Positions 34,350 through 47,470 of a stretch of DNA of 64,000 nt are shown here, one piece after another. Made by a program: the position numbers and the translations under genes. This stretch comes from Dudresnaya verticillata (Eukaryota): positions 744,001 to 808,000 of the forward strand of contig OZ374562.1 of assembly GCA_977862235.1 (NCBI GenBank). Direction: 5' to 3'. The stretch's first letter is position 1; each line of letters opens with the position of its first letter. The notes beneath the pieces are model-generated. The model was not told where the DNA came from and made no database searches. It saw only the letters and a program-made list of their open reading frames with translations.

Positions 34350-35932
34350 ACACAGACAATCGCGGATATTCCATGTCCGTGACAGGCGGTCGGCAAATCG
34401 GTTCACCGCTGACGGGATCCACCGCCCTTGAAGGTGGACCCCTGCGCGGTGCAGGACTGTGTGGAGCTTCCGGAGTTCGCTCATCATGGCTGGGGAGGCG
34501 CTGGCCATCTTGTTGATGGCTGCTACCACCGCTGAGTTGTCCTCCCAGAGAAGCACGTCCCGGACGTCTGCGTCCCTTGCCATCTGCGTGAAACGACCAC
34601 GGAATAAGAGCCGGACCGCCCGAAGCTCCCGGCAACTGATGCTCGCGGCCCTCTCCGTCGCTGTCCACAGGCCCTGAAAGGACTGCGCTCCCGGGGTCCC
34701 CGGTCCGAGATCGGTTCCCGATGTGCCGCCGTATCCGAGATCGGAGGCGTCGCTGTGCATTGCGCGACGCGGCGGAGGGTCCTGAATGGGTCTCCCGGAA
34801 CCGGAAGCGAAGCCGCGCCTGTGCTGGAGGTCTCTCATCCCTGCCCGACTGAGACGAGCTTTGCCGGGGTGTTGACGGGGAAGTTGCCGATGAAGATCGC
34901 ACTGCATCCCCCGGGAGTGGAACTGAACTAGTGGGTAAGGTAGAATAAACGAGGCGGCCACACCGCATGCGGAGGCGAGCCTGGCTTGCGAGACCCAACG
35001 ACGGTTCCGGGAAGCCTCGGCTAAAAAACTTGACGTGAGCTCGCGCATCTGTTGAACCTTCAACGGGGGGAGGGTGAAGGACATGGCGAAGGTGTCGATA
35101 TGAACCCCGAGGACGTCGACGGCTGTACCGCCAGAGCCCCAGACCCCCTTCTCGGGGTGACGCTTCAGACCTAGTTTCAGCATTAATTCGTCGATCTCTG
35201 CACTCGTCTTTGAGCACAGTACTTGGCATTCCCCGTCTAAACGCCCCCAGACTGGGGACCGGGCGCTATTGCAAAGTCGTCTATCCACGACAGAACCCGG
35301 TGACCCAGATCGCGCAGCTTGCGCACAAAGGGCCGAATAATGCGACAAAACCACCAGACACTGTGCTCCTAGCCAAATGGCAGCGCGATGCACCAGTAGA
35401 ACTGGTCCCCATTGCGAAATAGGAACCAGTCGCGCATACGCGGGTATAATCGGAAGTGGTGGTATCCGCTCTTGATGTCCATGGTAAGCAGCCGCTCCCC
35501 CCTGCACAAGCATTCGGCGAATCCAGGCAGAGTCTCCATTCGCACAGATCCTTTCCTCCAATGAAGGCTCTGCTGCTTGAAGTTGATTACAAACCGCCCC
35601 TTTCGCTTGTCTCCATTGCCCGTCCAGTGTACAAAGGAATTGCTCACTAGGTAGCCACGCTCCCGCACCAATTCTTCCGCATATTCCCTTGTCACCGTCT
35701 CGAAGATCCCTCCGGTCAGGCCCTCCCGTAATGCGTCATTCGCAAAGGCCCTGTCCGCGGGACTGTGCGGGATGTCCCTGGATACATGTCCTCCTCCCTT
35801 CTCGAAACGGATAGTCGGAGGATCCCAGATACCAAATTTGATCGCGCTTTCCACATAACGCCCTGCCCCAGGCAAACTGTACCATGACGCAGACCGTGCA
35901 GCCGTACGTTTCCAATGCGGTTCCGTTCCCAC
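34350..35932 (-). pseudogene. DIRS-type RT/RNase H, frameshifted and 3' truncated
   Basis: KGRFVINF..RMETL..MDIKSGYHH..F.F....ALPFG, WIDD (about 35275-35286), HSDASDLGYGG, ISCRELRAV, EDNSAVV..INK..S.S, WIPSAVNRFADRLSR. Confidence 0.9.
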
Positions 35933-36061
35933 CGCGGAAGAATGCCAGCAACCTAGCTTAAATCAGCTAGCAGCCGTTTCACCAGAGTAGTAGTACACTT
36001 ATAGGTGTATACTACTCTCTACGTGCCGGTTGGGTGACTCCTCTGTCACCCGAGTCCAGGA

Positions 36062-36712
36062 TTACTTTGATTCGGCCGAGGCGGAGTTGACGCTGCCACT
36101 TTGAGCGCTCTTCACCGCCTTTTCGGCTTGTTGTCGGGATAGCAGCTTAATCATCTGCTCTAGACGCTTGTCGCCAAGTGTCTCCTGCACGTCATCCATC
36201 ATACCCGATAGGATGGGTTCGCTTCGCCTTTCGGCAAGTTCGGACATAATCTTAGCCTCGGCAGGACCGTACTGTACCAGGTTGATAAAATACTGGTACG
36301 GAGCCTCTTGCACCTCGGCAATTCCTGACACGCTTTTACGAACGGCATAAACCAGTTTGGCGAAGTCAATCGGTTTCTTCGGAGCATCGGGACTAAGAAA
36401 CAAATCTAAACCGGCATTTGCAAGTTCTCCCCACGCACCGGCAGCATTCAAATACTCGAACTCCTTTGCTCCCCTTTTGTCCTTTGAATAAAGCTTGTCG
36501 TAGAAACTAAAGTCTGTTGGTTGAAAGTAGCTGAAATGCCCAACAAGTGGGGCACGCCTTCTGAAACCAGGGCGGCCTTCGTCGAGCTCTGCATCACGCA
36601 CCACGCGCCCAAGCTGACGCATAGTCTTGGTGTCGGCATCGGCTTTGCAATCATCGGAACCGAATCCGAGTAGTGCATCACGCACCTTTTCCAAATCTGA
36701 TTTGTCTGCCAT
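36062..36712 (-). CDS. Putative Gag-like ORF1 of the DIRS-type element
   Basis: Intact 216-aa ATG-started ORF immediately upstream of the DIRS RT on the same strand. Confidence 0.6.
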   Translation of the reverse strand: MADKSDLEKVRDALLGFGSDDCKADADTKTMRQLGRVVRDAELDEGRPGFRRRAPLVGHFSYFQPTDFSFYDKLYSKDKRGAKEFEYLNAAGAWGELANAGLDLFLSPDAPKKPIDFAKLVYAVRKSVSGIAEVQEAPYQYFINLVQYGPAEAKIMSELAERRSEPILSGMMDDVQETLGDKRLEQMIKLLSRQQAEKAVKSAQSGSVNSASAESK

Positions 36713-38049
36713 AGCGAGGAGGAGGGTACGTGCCTATGAACCGCTGATCGTTCGCGGTTCTGTGAAGAAGTCACCGCTCTCGAGAGAGGGAAGAACTTTC
36801 CGACTACCTGTTGGAAAGAACAAGACTTGCTTCGGAGTCCTCAGTAATGCACAGGCGCTTGCCTTCTTAATAGCATTCACGCGCGGGTAGTCATCTCTCG
36901 CGTATCCGTCCAGCGCCGCCACGCCCTGTTGGAGGCTATGCTGTGTCAAAGACCGAAACGTCGATACATGCCTGCGATAAACAACTTCCCGATCCCTCAC
37001 CGCTGCTTGCGATCCGTGCCCTAATCTTTATCCTCACTATGGCGACGCAGGGCCCACCTGCTACCTCCCGCGATATAATCTTCACACATGTAACCCATAC
37101 ATAAACTGTAGGCCTGTCGGTATAATTCACAGATGGACGTCACGTTGCCATGATAGCGAACGATGAAAGTTTACAGTACATCATCTTCAAGTGCAGTAAG
37201 CGGAATTCTATATTTTGGAACGTTGGAAAGGATACCCTCCCCGAAATGCCTGGGAGCTTTCGTCAAGGCCGTACTTCAGCATACTGAACACTCAACTGAA
37301 AAAATCATTCCAATCCAGAATAGTCCTTCATTTTCGCTAACAATGTGCGATATAGAGAGCTCTATATGGGAGAATGGGAGATAGTTGTACATATTCTAGT
37401 TTGTGGAGTTGGGTAATATAGGTGGAACTTAGTCGCTATCAGAGCTTTGTTGAGATACTTCGCACGAATAAATGAGCTCTATCAACCATCTTTCTATCGA
37501 TAGAACCAAGTTGTTTCGTTGACGCTACTGACAAGGATATGATATATTTTGAAATATCCTGATCCTTGCAAGCTTGCTAGCATATGAACTTGCAAGGATC
37601 GGGATAGTATTAATGCAATTCAAATGAATCCTTCCCAGCTGCTACATATATGTTCATGCACGTGCATCTGTGAACATGTTTCGTGCGACCTACATGCAGT
37701 TGGCAGGAAACGCTCGGAACGGATTCGGGTAGCGAGGCTATTTGAAGCTTGCCAGCACTAGAAATGATAATATTATCATATGAGTACTACTAGTACTAAC
37801 TTCACTGTCTCGCATTACATGTAGGAATGTATATATGTTTATTTCGGATACAGCTGCTTTAGAAAAATGGAAGGATGTATATCCTTTCACCGATCTTGCA
37901 CCCTATTTCAACATATTGATGACTTTTGGGAAAGGATGAGGGGGAAAGCAGAACTATTCCTGGCTCCCTTGCAAAGAAATAACACAAGCAGCCAAATGTT
38001 TCGCCCCCGTCATATCGAGTCACGGAGATTACCGTAGTATATACAATGA

Positions 38050-41000
38050 ATTCTCCGTCAGTTACCATTATCTCAGGCTCAGACTGCAGTGTAACATATT
38101 TTCGATCTCTTCATTTGTCAGGCGAGCACTTCCTCACGAAGGGTCGAATCTGCTTCCGTTCAATCACTATTATGTTGTTCAATGCTCTTTTGCTGTCTTC
38201 GACTTTCTCTTGTCTACACTGGACCAACCAAGGATCCTTTTCCAGCTGCGCAATCTACCCGAAACGTTTGAGACGAATTCGTGTTAATTCGAGTAGCTAT
38301 ACCATTTGAAGCATTAGAAAGGGAAGTAAATTACTTACCACTATAAAGAGAATGACACTATATACTTTCTATACATGTAGAAAAGAATACCCTCTAACCC
38401 ATTTTAGTGCCAAAGTTCCCCATTGTCCCCCTTCCTTTGAGGGGTATCCTTTCCGAAAATAATTATTTTCCGTGAACGGTTGAGAGAAAACTGTATGGAT
38501 GCATATTATTTCATCAACCTTGTTCCTCATTACAATGTACTGCTCATTTATTCCGTTAATTGACAAGAAGGCAGAATTATTACCGCGTCCTTCCTAACAT
38601 AACAACACGAGTATGTCATCATGCGGTCAACATCAAGTGACGTCGCGTATAGGAACACATCGTGCGTTCCCAATCAGCTGGCATTCATTCAGGTTCCGAA
38701 CAGCATTGACGATACTTTCTTGGTGAAAAAGGTCGAATTTGCTTCCGTTCAATCACTCTTACTTCGTCCAATGAAGTTGTGTCGTCTTCGACAGTGTCTT
38801 GTATACCCTTTCCCTGCGAAGCAGAGGCTGTTTCCGAGGAATAAAATCGCGCACCGAGCCTTCGGACGTTAAGGCTCTTCAAAACCTCTTGTGACCGTGT
38901 GGAACTGAACTGGACAAGTCAAACCCCCATCCTTACCCACAGTAGCTTTCGAAAAGACCTCTTCTACAAGTTTTGCTTCCTGATGCGATGAGGTTAAGAT
39001 CAATATTCGTAGACACGCAACCGAAGAGTTTGTAATGGCTTCAATACGTCCTTCTGATGAGAGTAGCTTGTGGTTGTAGAGTCTGTGCAAGGGAACTTGG
39101 TTTGAGCCCATTGCAGAGTCTACTCTGCTGCTGTGTAGTCCTCTCCATTTTCCCCGTTTGCTTTCGTGGGGAAACCAGCCAGCATACAACGGACTGTTTG
39201 CACTAAGAGCTATCGTATAATCGACTCGGAGTTGTGCCGAACAAGATAGATATTTCACCCATTTCGAAACTGGGGAGGTACATCTTTGTGACTCGAAGGT
39301 TGTAACACATTACTCCTAGGATTTCGGCCTGAAGACGCTCTCTGAGAGAAGTATCCGGATCCTGACAGAGCAGTGTGATGGCTGTCCGAGTTCCCGGAGG
39401 AAGAAGCTTCGTGAGTTTTTCCGAAGTGAGGCGCGGTAAAATTGCACGTCCCCTACCATTTAGTAGAATTTGTAGCAAGACTTCTGGCACTAAGTGAATG
39501 TCATTAAGGGCTTTCATTTGCTCGAAGAAGTAAAGTAGGTTCTTCTTGATGACGGTACGGAAGCGCTGCTCCATGGAAGTACCTTGAAGAAGCAATTAGT
39601 CCCCCTTCCAACTTGCGAAGCACTGTGTAAATTGACTTTCCCGGTCTTGCTCTCGTTCTGCGTTCGATCCTGACGGCAACACACTGTGCGGTGTTTCCAG
39701 CCATTAAAACATAAAATATGTCATGTTTTCGAAGGCTTCGTTCCGACTGGAGAGTAACACTCACAATCCTCCCTGTTCCACAACGCCCAGCTTCAGTCAT
39801 CTGTAACTCCGGGCCGGCCCGGCCCATCCTTCATATCCATCTTTATCGGCCGACTTTGAGACAGGCCGTTCCGTCAGATGGTACAAGACGGTATATATGA
39901 GAGACTGTTTACACAATCGAACGAAACCTTAGCCTTTCCTTCTGTTATCTACTTCGTGCACATAGGCCAGCAGAGCCATTACTTCCTGAATATTGACAGG
40001 GGATATGCCATTTTCTTCGAGCACATCAAGGATATCACGTCTACTGAATCATGAAAGTGGCGACATAATTTTCTCATCTTCTGCAGTATCTAGGGCTCTA
40101 GACCTCGGGATCGATGCCCCAGTTGCTCCCGTTAACCTCCTATGTTTTGTATGTTTCTTGAAAACTGGGAACGGACGGGTTTCTGTATCCTTTCTCATCA
40201 TACTGGCAATCTACGGACCGGAGTTAACTCCACCCTGGGCTTGATTCCGCCGCTGTAATCTTTCATTACTCAGCATCATTGCAGGGTTATTCTTGGGATT
40301 TTCGATGCAGAAAATGCTCAAGGCTTGGAACAAAGGCACTGTAACGGATTTTACAGCGGAAAGGACTTGGTCCTTTCCTTCCGAGGCGTTCTGAGGATGC
40401 TCCCACGATTTGCTATTCCTCGCGATAAACCGGCACTATTATTGTTCTCGGAAAGGTTGGGAAGCCTGCGAACAGCAACCTACATATAGCCTTGATTCGC
40501 ATCCATCAGAGCATAGATTCTGGAGCCAACAGTGTGCGATACATGGAGATTGCCATCAGGTATGCTCGGCTTGCTAGCAATTTTCTCCTTCTCTTTCTTC
40601 CTTGCTCCACTTAATAACTCAATTGGTGGATGGCTTTGCGGATAGTACGAAATTGGTAGGTCGGATAAGGGCCCAGAGTCTGTGATCATGCAACTGAAAG
40701 CAAACGCATTAGAGAGGGCCGCATCACAGAGCATCGAGAGAGGGTTTGTTTTCTTCCAGCGCCACGTTTCATAGCAACATTAAAGGGTCATAATCTACCG
40801 CGGGACATTGACACTCATCCCACGGATAGGAGAGTTCTCTGGATTCAAACCTTTCCTAGGAATGTCAGACGTGGGTTTCATGGACGGAAGTACGTCAGTG
40901 TTCACTTCACTGGTGGATATTACTGGCACCAGTTCATGTCTTGGAACATCACCAGAGTTCAATCTTGTAGCATGCGAGATAAAAGCTGGGTCAGTCAATC

Positions 41001-43200
41001 CCACCCGATCAATAGGTATCGTTTCCGGTGCTGCCGTCCTGTCAACAATTTTGTTGCTTGCGTTGTGAATCTCAACGTTATCAACGTAGGGTATTCTGCA
41101 CAATGGATTCAAACCCTGCGCTATGAAAGGATGAGCATTGTATCGTGCTTCGGTTCCAGGGTGTGCACCCGAAGGGTTCACTACGATGTTACGATGTTAC
41201 TAACCAGTGGTTCTCCGCTGTAGATGGAACATCTAGATTACAGTGGAGGCTGTGACATGTTCCATGCCCCATCGGTACGAGGCGAGTGAGAATTATCGCG
41301 GTCACGCGTCTGCGCAGGAAAGAATATCAAACCCTTGTGAACCAAATTTGCCAGATTCGCTTGCACCAACATTTTGTTCATGCATTGCTTTGATCTTTCC
41401 AGCGCTATATTGTAGCACCCTTGAAACCCACGAATTCGATTATAGTTCCAGGCTTTGAAGTGTGTTAGTGTCGTTCAAAACGTTTCATGATAGAAGCAAA
41501 GCAGCTTAGTAGGAAATGTGCAAAAGAGGCTGCGGGTTCTCTTGCCATTACTTTCTTTCCTCGGGACAAAAGGGCGGAACCATACTCGCAATTGGCGTCC
41601 CCGAATACCGATGGAGTCAAAACGTTTGACAGAATCATAATCCGACATCTCTTCCCGCGTCCGAAGCGAAATGATTGCCAATATATTCATCCGTTACCCT
41701 CCAAACACCTTCAAGGATTCCACTTCTTCTGTGCACAGAACCATGGTATTATCCGGCAACGTTTGATTGCCTATGACAGACAACATATCCTATAAACTTT
41801 TGTAAGATATTCTAGACTTCCTTCAACACGCCAATATTCCCAGCAAAAAGGTCCGTTACGTTTTCTATTGTACGTGAGATGCACGGGCGCATTCCTCCCC
41901 AGACAGTCTCCCTGAACTGTAGCGAATCAAGATCGGACTTCTGCGGGCCCATTGCTCTGTTACGTCTATCCCGTTACGTTTCAGTCTCCTGTTGCACAGT
42001 TGTGATGTCCTCAATGGTAGACAGTAGCCCTATGAGACGAATAGCAATTTTGAGAATGTATCTTCTCCCTGACGGATCAATCTGAGCAAAGTCACGAACG
42101 AACCCTTTGAATGCAGATGGGCATACCGGCCCGTTCTTATTTTCCTTCCCAGGTAGGGCCACAACTCTTTTCAGCACGGAGACATTGTATAACCTCATTT
42201 TCCCTGATTCGAAAAAGAACCGCCGTTTGACACGGAAAATAGAAGCAGAAGGGTACAAGGGCAAAGCAGTTTTCATCGCTGTGGGGCCAAAAAGGAGAAG
42301 TATTGTTTCTCGTTTTTTACGAGGAGTGGAGGTCACCTTCACACCGAAGAGACGTTCAATTTCAGGCAGCAGGCAGGAAAGGACATCGTGGAATATCTGA
42401 TCACCTGGACAAAACCATTGGCGACCATTAACTCTCGACAATACCTCCGACAGTTCGTTCCCAGGCATGAAATGAGGGATATTCATCATTCTATCCATTC
42501 CCGAAAGCTTCAGCGAGAGTTTGATCGGTCGTAGTTTGGGGCTTGCCCTGAACATTTCCCCAAAAACATTCAGAGGAGGTAGTGGAGGGATAAACAGTTG
42601 TTTCTGGAAACGGTAAGGCAAACCGTCTCCTTGATCGCAGTTTCTGAACGTGGAAGATCTTTCAAATCGGTGTGGTAGACCATATGGCTTATACTAATGC
42701 GTTTCAACACCACCTTTCGAACAGCAGTCAGAAGTGTTAACACCGACATAGGCAATTGCAGAATGCTAGGCTGTCGCCTTTGCAAAACATTAAACCCCCT
42801 AAAATTACTTCTTTTCGTCCTGTAGCGAAAGGAGGAACCATGACAGTCGGCCCCCGGGATCGCATCTATGTCGGTACAAGCATGTTCGCGAAATACATAC
42901 CATACATGCCCATCCTGGTTTCCGCATAGGTTTCTCATTTTCCATTCTCATTTGCAAGAGGATCGGCGCCCAATTTAACTTGCCGGTTACAGTTTCCGTC
43001 CAGCCTTCAGGAATCACCCGGCATCACAGTTTGTGCGGGAACAAGAGACAGGGTGCTGGCTTGCAGAAGTATTTTTCGCCGTGCAGGAGAAGATCCTTCA
43101 TGCCGGGGCAAGTACATGGACCACAAATCCGTTTGATGATATTGCACTTCGCAGCCAAAGGTGACGTAGAATACGTAATATCCTTCTAATCGTGTTGTAC
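38050..43200 (-). pseudogene. Long degenerate coding region of unknown function
   Basis: Run of same-strand protein-like ORFs (42570-42938, 41974-42621, 41475-41690, 40795-41181, 39504-39827, 39203-39595, 38869-39258). Confidence 0.35.
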
Positions 43201-44350
43201 AACGCGACATAATGTCTCAGGAAAAGGCTTTGGGATTCCAGGATCTATTCAATTTCATGTCTTTTCATGCTTCGGCGAAGGAAGGAATGGCCGGCCATAT
43301 GTTAAGAATATTCTTGTCGGTCATGGGTTTTCAGAAACGTTTCACTACTTCATTGCTGTATCACATTGTGATCACAATAACAATATGCCACACCTGTTAA
43401 CAATTGTCGAATAGGCTCTATGTCGGTAGCCTGTCTATATTCACAGTTTATACCTGTGAAGTTTATAACTGTGTACTCTTGACAGGAAGTGAGCGACCGC
43501 TTTACCGGTGAATAGCATTTCAGCAAGGACAATAGCAATAAGAGCTATATTGTGCTGCACTATTGTCTTGACAGCAGTAGGCCGTGGCATTAATGCTAAA
43601 ATAATTCTTTTGTGACTATGAGTATAATTATAAAGGCATTCATTGCCTGGTCTCCAAGGAAACGATATATCTTAGAGTTATTTATAGTCATATCCTTTCA
43701 AAGAAACGGACATGTTATATCCTTCCTCCTTTTCACTTATACACGATACAAGATGCCTCCTTTCCGTTTTATGGGAAGGATGTAACCCTATGAGTTCTGT
43801 CTTCCACGATATGCTATTGTTGACATGATCATGTATGGGAATGGAAGTACTTAAGTATAATTGATTTACCAGTGATGGTGAATATTATGCAACGTTGCAT
43901 CACCGTACGGTCATCATTTCAACTGAAGCTATCGTCGATTGATGCTCCTATTCATTGAATACAATGGACGCTGAAAGGACGAGAATTGAACACACTGAAT
44001 TCAGCTTGTTAAAAAGTTCACTTCTAATCCTTTCAGCGTTCAGCTATGCTTAATCAGACCATACGATCGATTTTGAAAGCATGAGAATCGAAGGCATGAA
44101 AGTTCAGGATCCCCTCAGCCCACCACAACACATCAGGATTACCCTTGTGATAAAAGCCTGCAGGATGCTGATCAAGCGGGGTTGCCTGGTGAGGACATAA
44201 ACACTGAGAAGCAAGTGTTGCAAGAGAAGTTTGGTGGAGATATGCGTCCTAATCCTTTCTAAACATTTCCCGCGTATCGAGTATCCCAGTCCCTTCCGCG
44301 CTGCTTAGGATTGAGAATGGGAGGAAGCTGGTAACCACCGTACGCCACTA

Positions 44351-45660
44351 GTGCTGGAAAGGACAGCCTTCAACATTCAAGATGCAATGGTCAAAAGTTT
44401 CGAAGTCTTGCCACTCAGAATTCATCACTTTTCAAGGTATTGTTACTACCTCGAGCGGTGCGATTTCGCTCAGATCAACATTCAGTTGGTATTTGCAGGA
44501 AGAAGGAAGGACATCGATTTGAAGAAGGTTGCTGGAACTCGCGTAATTGGTTATCACGATGACGAGGGAATCCAAATCAGCAGATGTCATTTTCGCGTGT
44601 ATCAGAACGTCTGCAAGGCGATGGATATGTTTTTTACGCATGATGCGCTTTCTTGAGGTGTTGGAGACGGGTTGGAGTAAATATTGATGAATATATGGCT
44701 TCATGTTGTTCGCCTTCAGCCTTGCGGAAGTACCCGGTCCGCGCCAGGCTCGTGGCGTTTTCAAAATTCAGTCAAGTTTGTTCTGAAGCACCCGTGGACT
44801 CAGATGATGTATGAGCGAGATGGTGTGGAGGTTTCGTGTGCCAAGGATCTGGAGAAGAAAAACGATGTGGCCAAGAGAAATGTTTGGTTCAAGAGCGCAA
44901 ACCTTTGGTTTGTGGCCAGAACGGAGTTCAGCATGAAAGGATATAGTTCTCCGACCGGTACAGCTTTACAACTGGATCTAGATGATATTGAAGGAGAGTT
45001 TGCCCCACAAGCCTCCGTGATAGCATTCAGGGCAAACGGTTTCGTGGACACATTCACAGCCTCCTTCCTGGTAAGTCTTGGCCTTCAGTTCGACGACGTT
45101 CCGCTACAGATCCTTTGAACGGATCTAATCTGGTCGCAATGGGGATTTATTCATGAAAACTTTTGGTCACACGAAGTTCTTTCTACCGCCTCCAGCCTGA
45201 TCCCCACACACGGGTTACTACCGATAAGCTCCATTGCCGGTATTCGGAGAAGCGCTCCACATCTCGAACATCATCGTGACGTTCACTGGGCGGCAACCTA
45301 CGGTACTACGCGTGTGGCCAGGATCTCATATCTACAGAAATACGACGTGCGAGAAGATGAGGGCAGTTATTTTAGCTTGCGTTCCTTCGAGACTGGTAAA
45401 AATCCCTCCATACAGCGTAATGGTCACGCGGGGCGATTTCACGATCATGAAACCAAGTTCGTCGGAAATGAGAATGGTATATGGTATGCTTCTGCGCATC
45501 AGTACTCCCTGGCCGTTGAAAGCAATGCAACCTTCTACCCTACTAGCCTGTTCCTTCCTTCTACGGACGCAGGTTTGCGCCTCAATGTTCATGCAGAAGT
45601 GGCCTTCACTTGACAAGGGGGTCTTTCGTATTAGTGCCCATGGTTCTCCGAGAAGGACGG
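44351..45660 (+). pseudogene. Degenerate gene with a C-terminal PhyH-like 2OG-Fe(II) dioxygenase domain
   Basis: PA*SPHTGY at 45192-45218 (PxQxPHTDY-like HxD site), LRVWPGSH at about 45306-45329, VKIPPYSVMVTRGD. Upstream ORFs 44351-44656 and 44684-45118 share a frame with each other. Confidence 0.55.
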
Positions 45661-46283
45661 AAAGGCGTTTGTCCAATATCGCCTTCGAGACGAAACCATC
45701 ATAAGAGACTAGACTCGATACTCACTCTGGAAAATCAGACTGCCAATCCATGCATGCATAGATGTACAACTTGTATAGAAACATGTATTACGGGTCGATT
45801 CTGGATATGGTAAACATTTTAAAGACATCTTGCATTAGACCCTAAGGACATCTTATGTTCTTTCCTGAAGAGGATCCTGGAGACAAGACTTTACTGGTTA
45901 TATCGTAAGGCAACTTTCTATTGACCAAACGCGGTCTAGAAATTTGTGTGGCCCCCTTTCAAAAAGTTGTTAGCAAAATACGAGTCGACTGAATCGGAAC
46001 CATTTCCCAGGATTGGGCTTCGCTTCCCAGGCATTTTCCCCTGAATGTGCTTTCCCTATCGGATATTTCTCCTTTCATCAGACGCATGCATGCATGGTTC
46101 TGATGAAAGCACAGAATCAGAAATGAGTCTAATGAACGTAGAGAATCAGACGTGAGTATGCTGAAAGGACAGAATCTGATGAAGGGTCAAAATCATGCGT
46201 GATCATGATGAGAGGACAAATTCCTTTCTGCAGAAATGAATCATCAGTGGTACGTCCTTTCATGTCGCGCTTGGTGACCGCAT

Positions 46284-47470
46284 TCACGCGTGCTTGAGCG
46301 CCTTGTCAAACTGTGTACCGAATCTTCGATAAGGCACGGAATTGTCCCTTCCTTCCCCTATCGGATGTCCTTTCCCACCTAGGACATATGTCCTTTCCCT
46401 ATCGCACATTGCCTCCCTGGACGTCTTTTCGCCGATGACTGCCTCTTGCAGCTCAGTCCAGCACATGAACTCCGCAAGGACCTGCAGGTCCGACAATACT
46501 GGACCATTCGAGATGGGATGACCTGGTCGGTCCCAAAATGCGCTTTCATCCTGAAAACGCGTCACTGCGGTCGCCCAACCTCCTCTTTGTTCCACCTCAG
46601 CGGTTTTAACATCCCACACCGCGCTGTGACTCGTTACCTTCGCGTTTGTATCACCCCGAAGTTGCTGGTGTTGCTACTCTCCTGAACAGAATCCTCGCTG
46701 CGACAAATACCTTGCGGCCACTTGCGGCAGTTTTGTCTCCTCGAAGATGCACGCTAGAGCAGTCCAGCTCCTGTACAAGTCATTTGTCCGATCGACCTTC
46801 GAACATGGCTGTTCCCTCATAACCTAAAACGACGCCGTCAGAACTGCTTCGGACGAGTTCGATGCCGAGTTCTTCCGTCTGGTCATTTCATAGAACTCTA
46901 ACCGCATGTAGCGCACGCGACTGAGGAAGCTCTGAGCGCTCTTTCGTACCGAGACACAGCTTCTTCGCCAACGCGCTCTGCAGCAGCAACTCCGTACCTC
47001 CCTGTACTGCCGGTCAAAGGACGCTTCTCCTACCGGTTGGCAAGCTCTACAGACACTCAACGCCCTCCACCATGTCCCTGTGCTGGACAGAGCACTACAA
47101 ATCCCGCTACCACGCTCGGCGTTGCTGGCGCAATGCTCGTTGGAATAGTGGGAAGCTCTACAAGGGAGTCGCCCTGCTGCCGCTTCCCTGTCCCAGTTTG
47201 TGCCGGCCCTCATGCTTCCAGATCACCGCGACCGGCTTCTGGACATCCTTTGGCACCTTCGCATGATCCCATCCCCCTCGTGCCCTACCAAACGCATCTT
47301 ACTGCGTACCCACACCCAAACCCTTCGCACACTATCGTCACTCCACCCTATTGCAGCTGCTCTCCAATCCATGTCCGGAACCATCGCGACCATCAGGCAT
47401 ACATGTGCTGTAGAGTTCCCGGGCCCCACGGCCCTCCTCGTGATCACCCCTATCACCTCCCCCCCGCCGA
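46284..47470 (-). pseudogene. Degenerate ORF fragments, unknown function
   Basis: ORFs 46824-47213 and 46284-46619, purine-rich coding-like strand; no secure motif. Confidence 0.25.

Noticed and set aside
41250..41340. Tyrosine recombinase motifs on the minus strand (YSFLRR..MGH)
   Set aside because: Spacing is too short, and another frame is the open, coding-like one.
46284..47213. Harbinger Myb/SANT ORF, or homology to ORF 8652-9188 (WTELQEAV vs WEALQEAI)
   Set aside because: Similarity is limited to a few residues and no Harbinger transposase is nearby.
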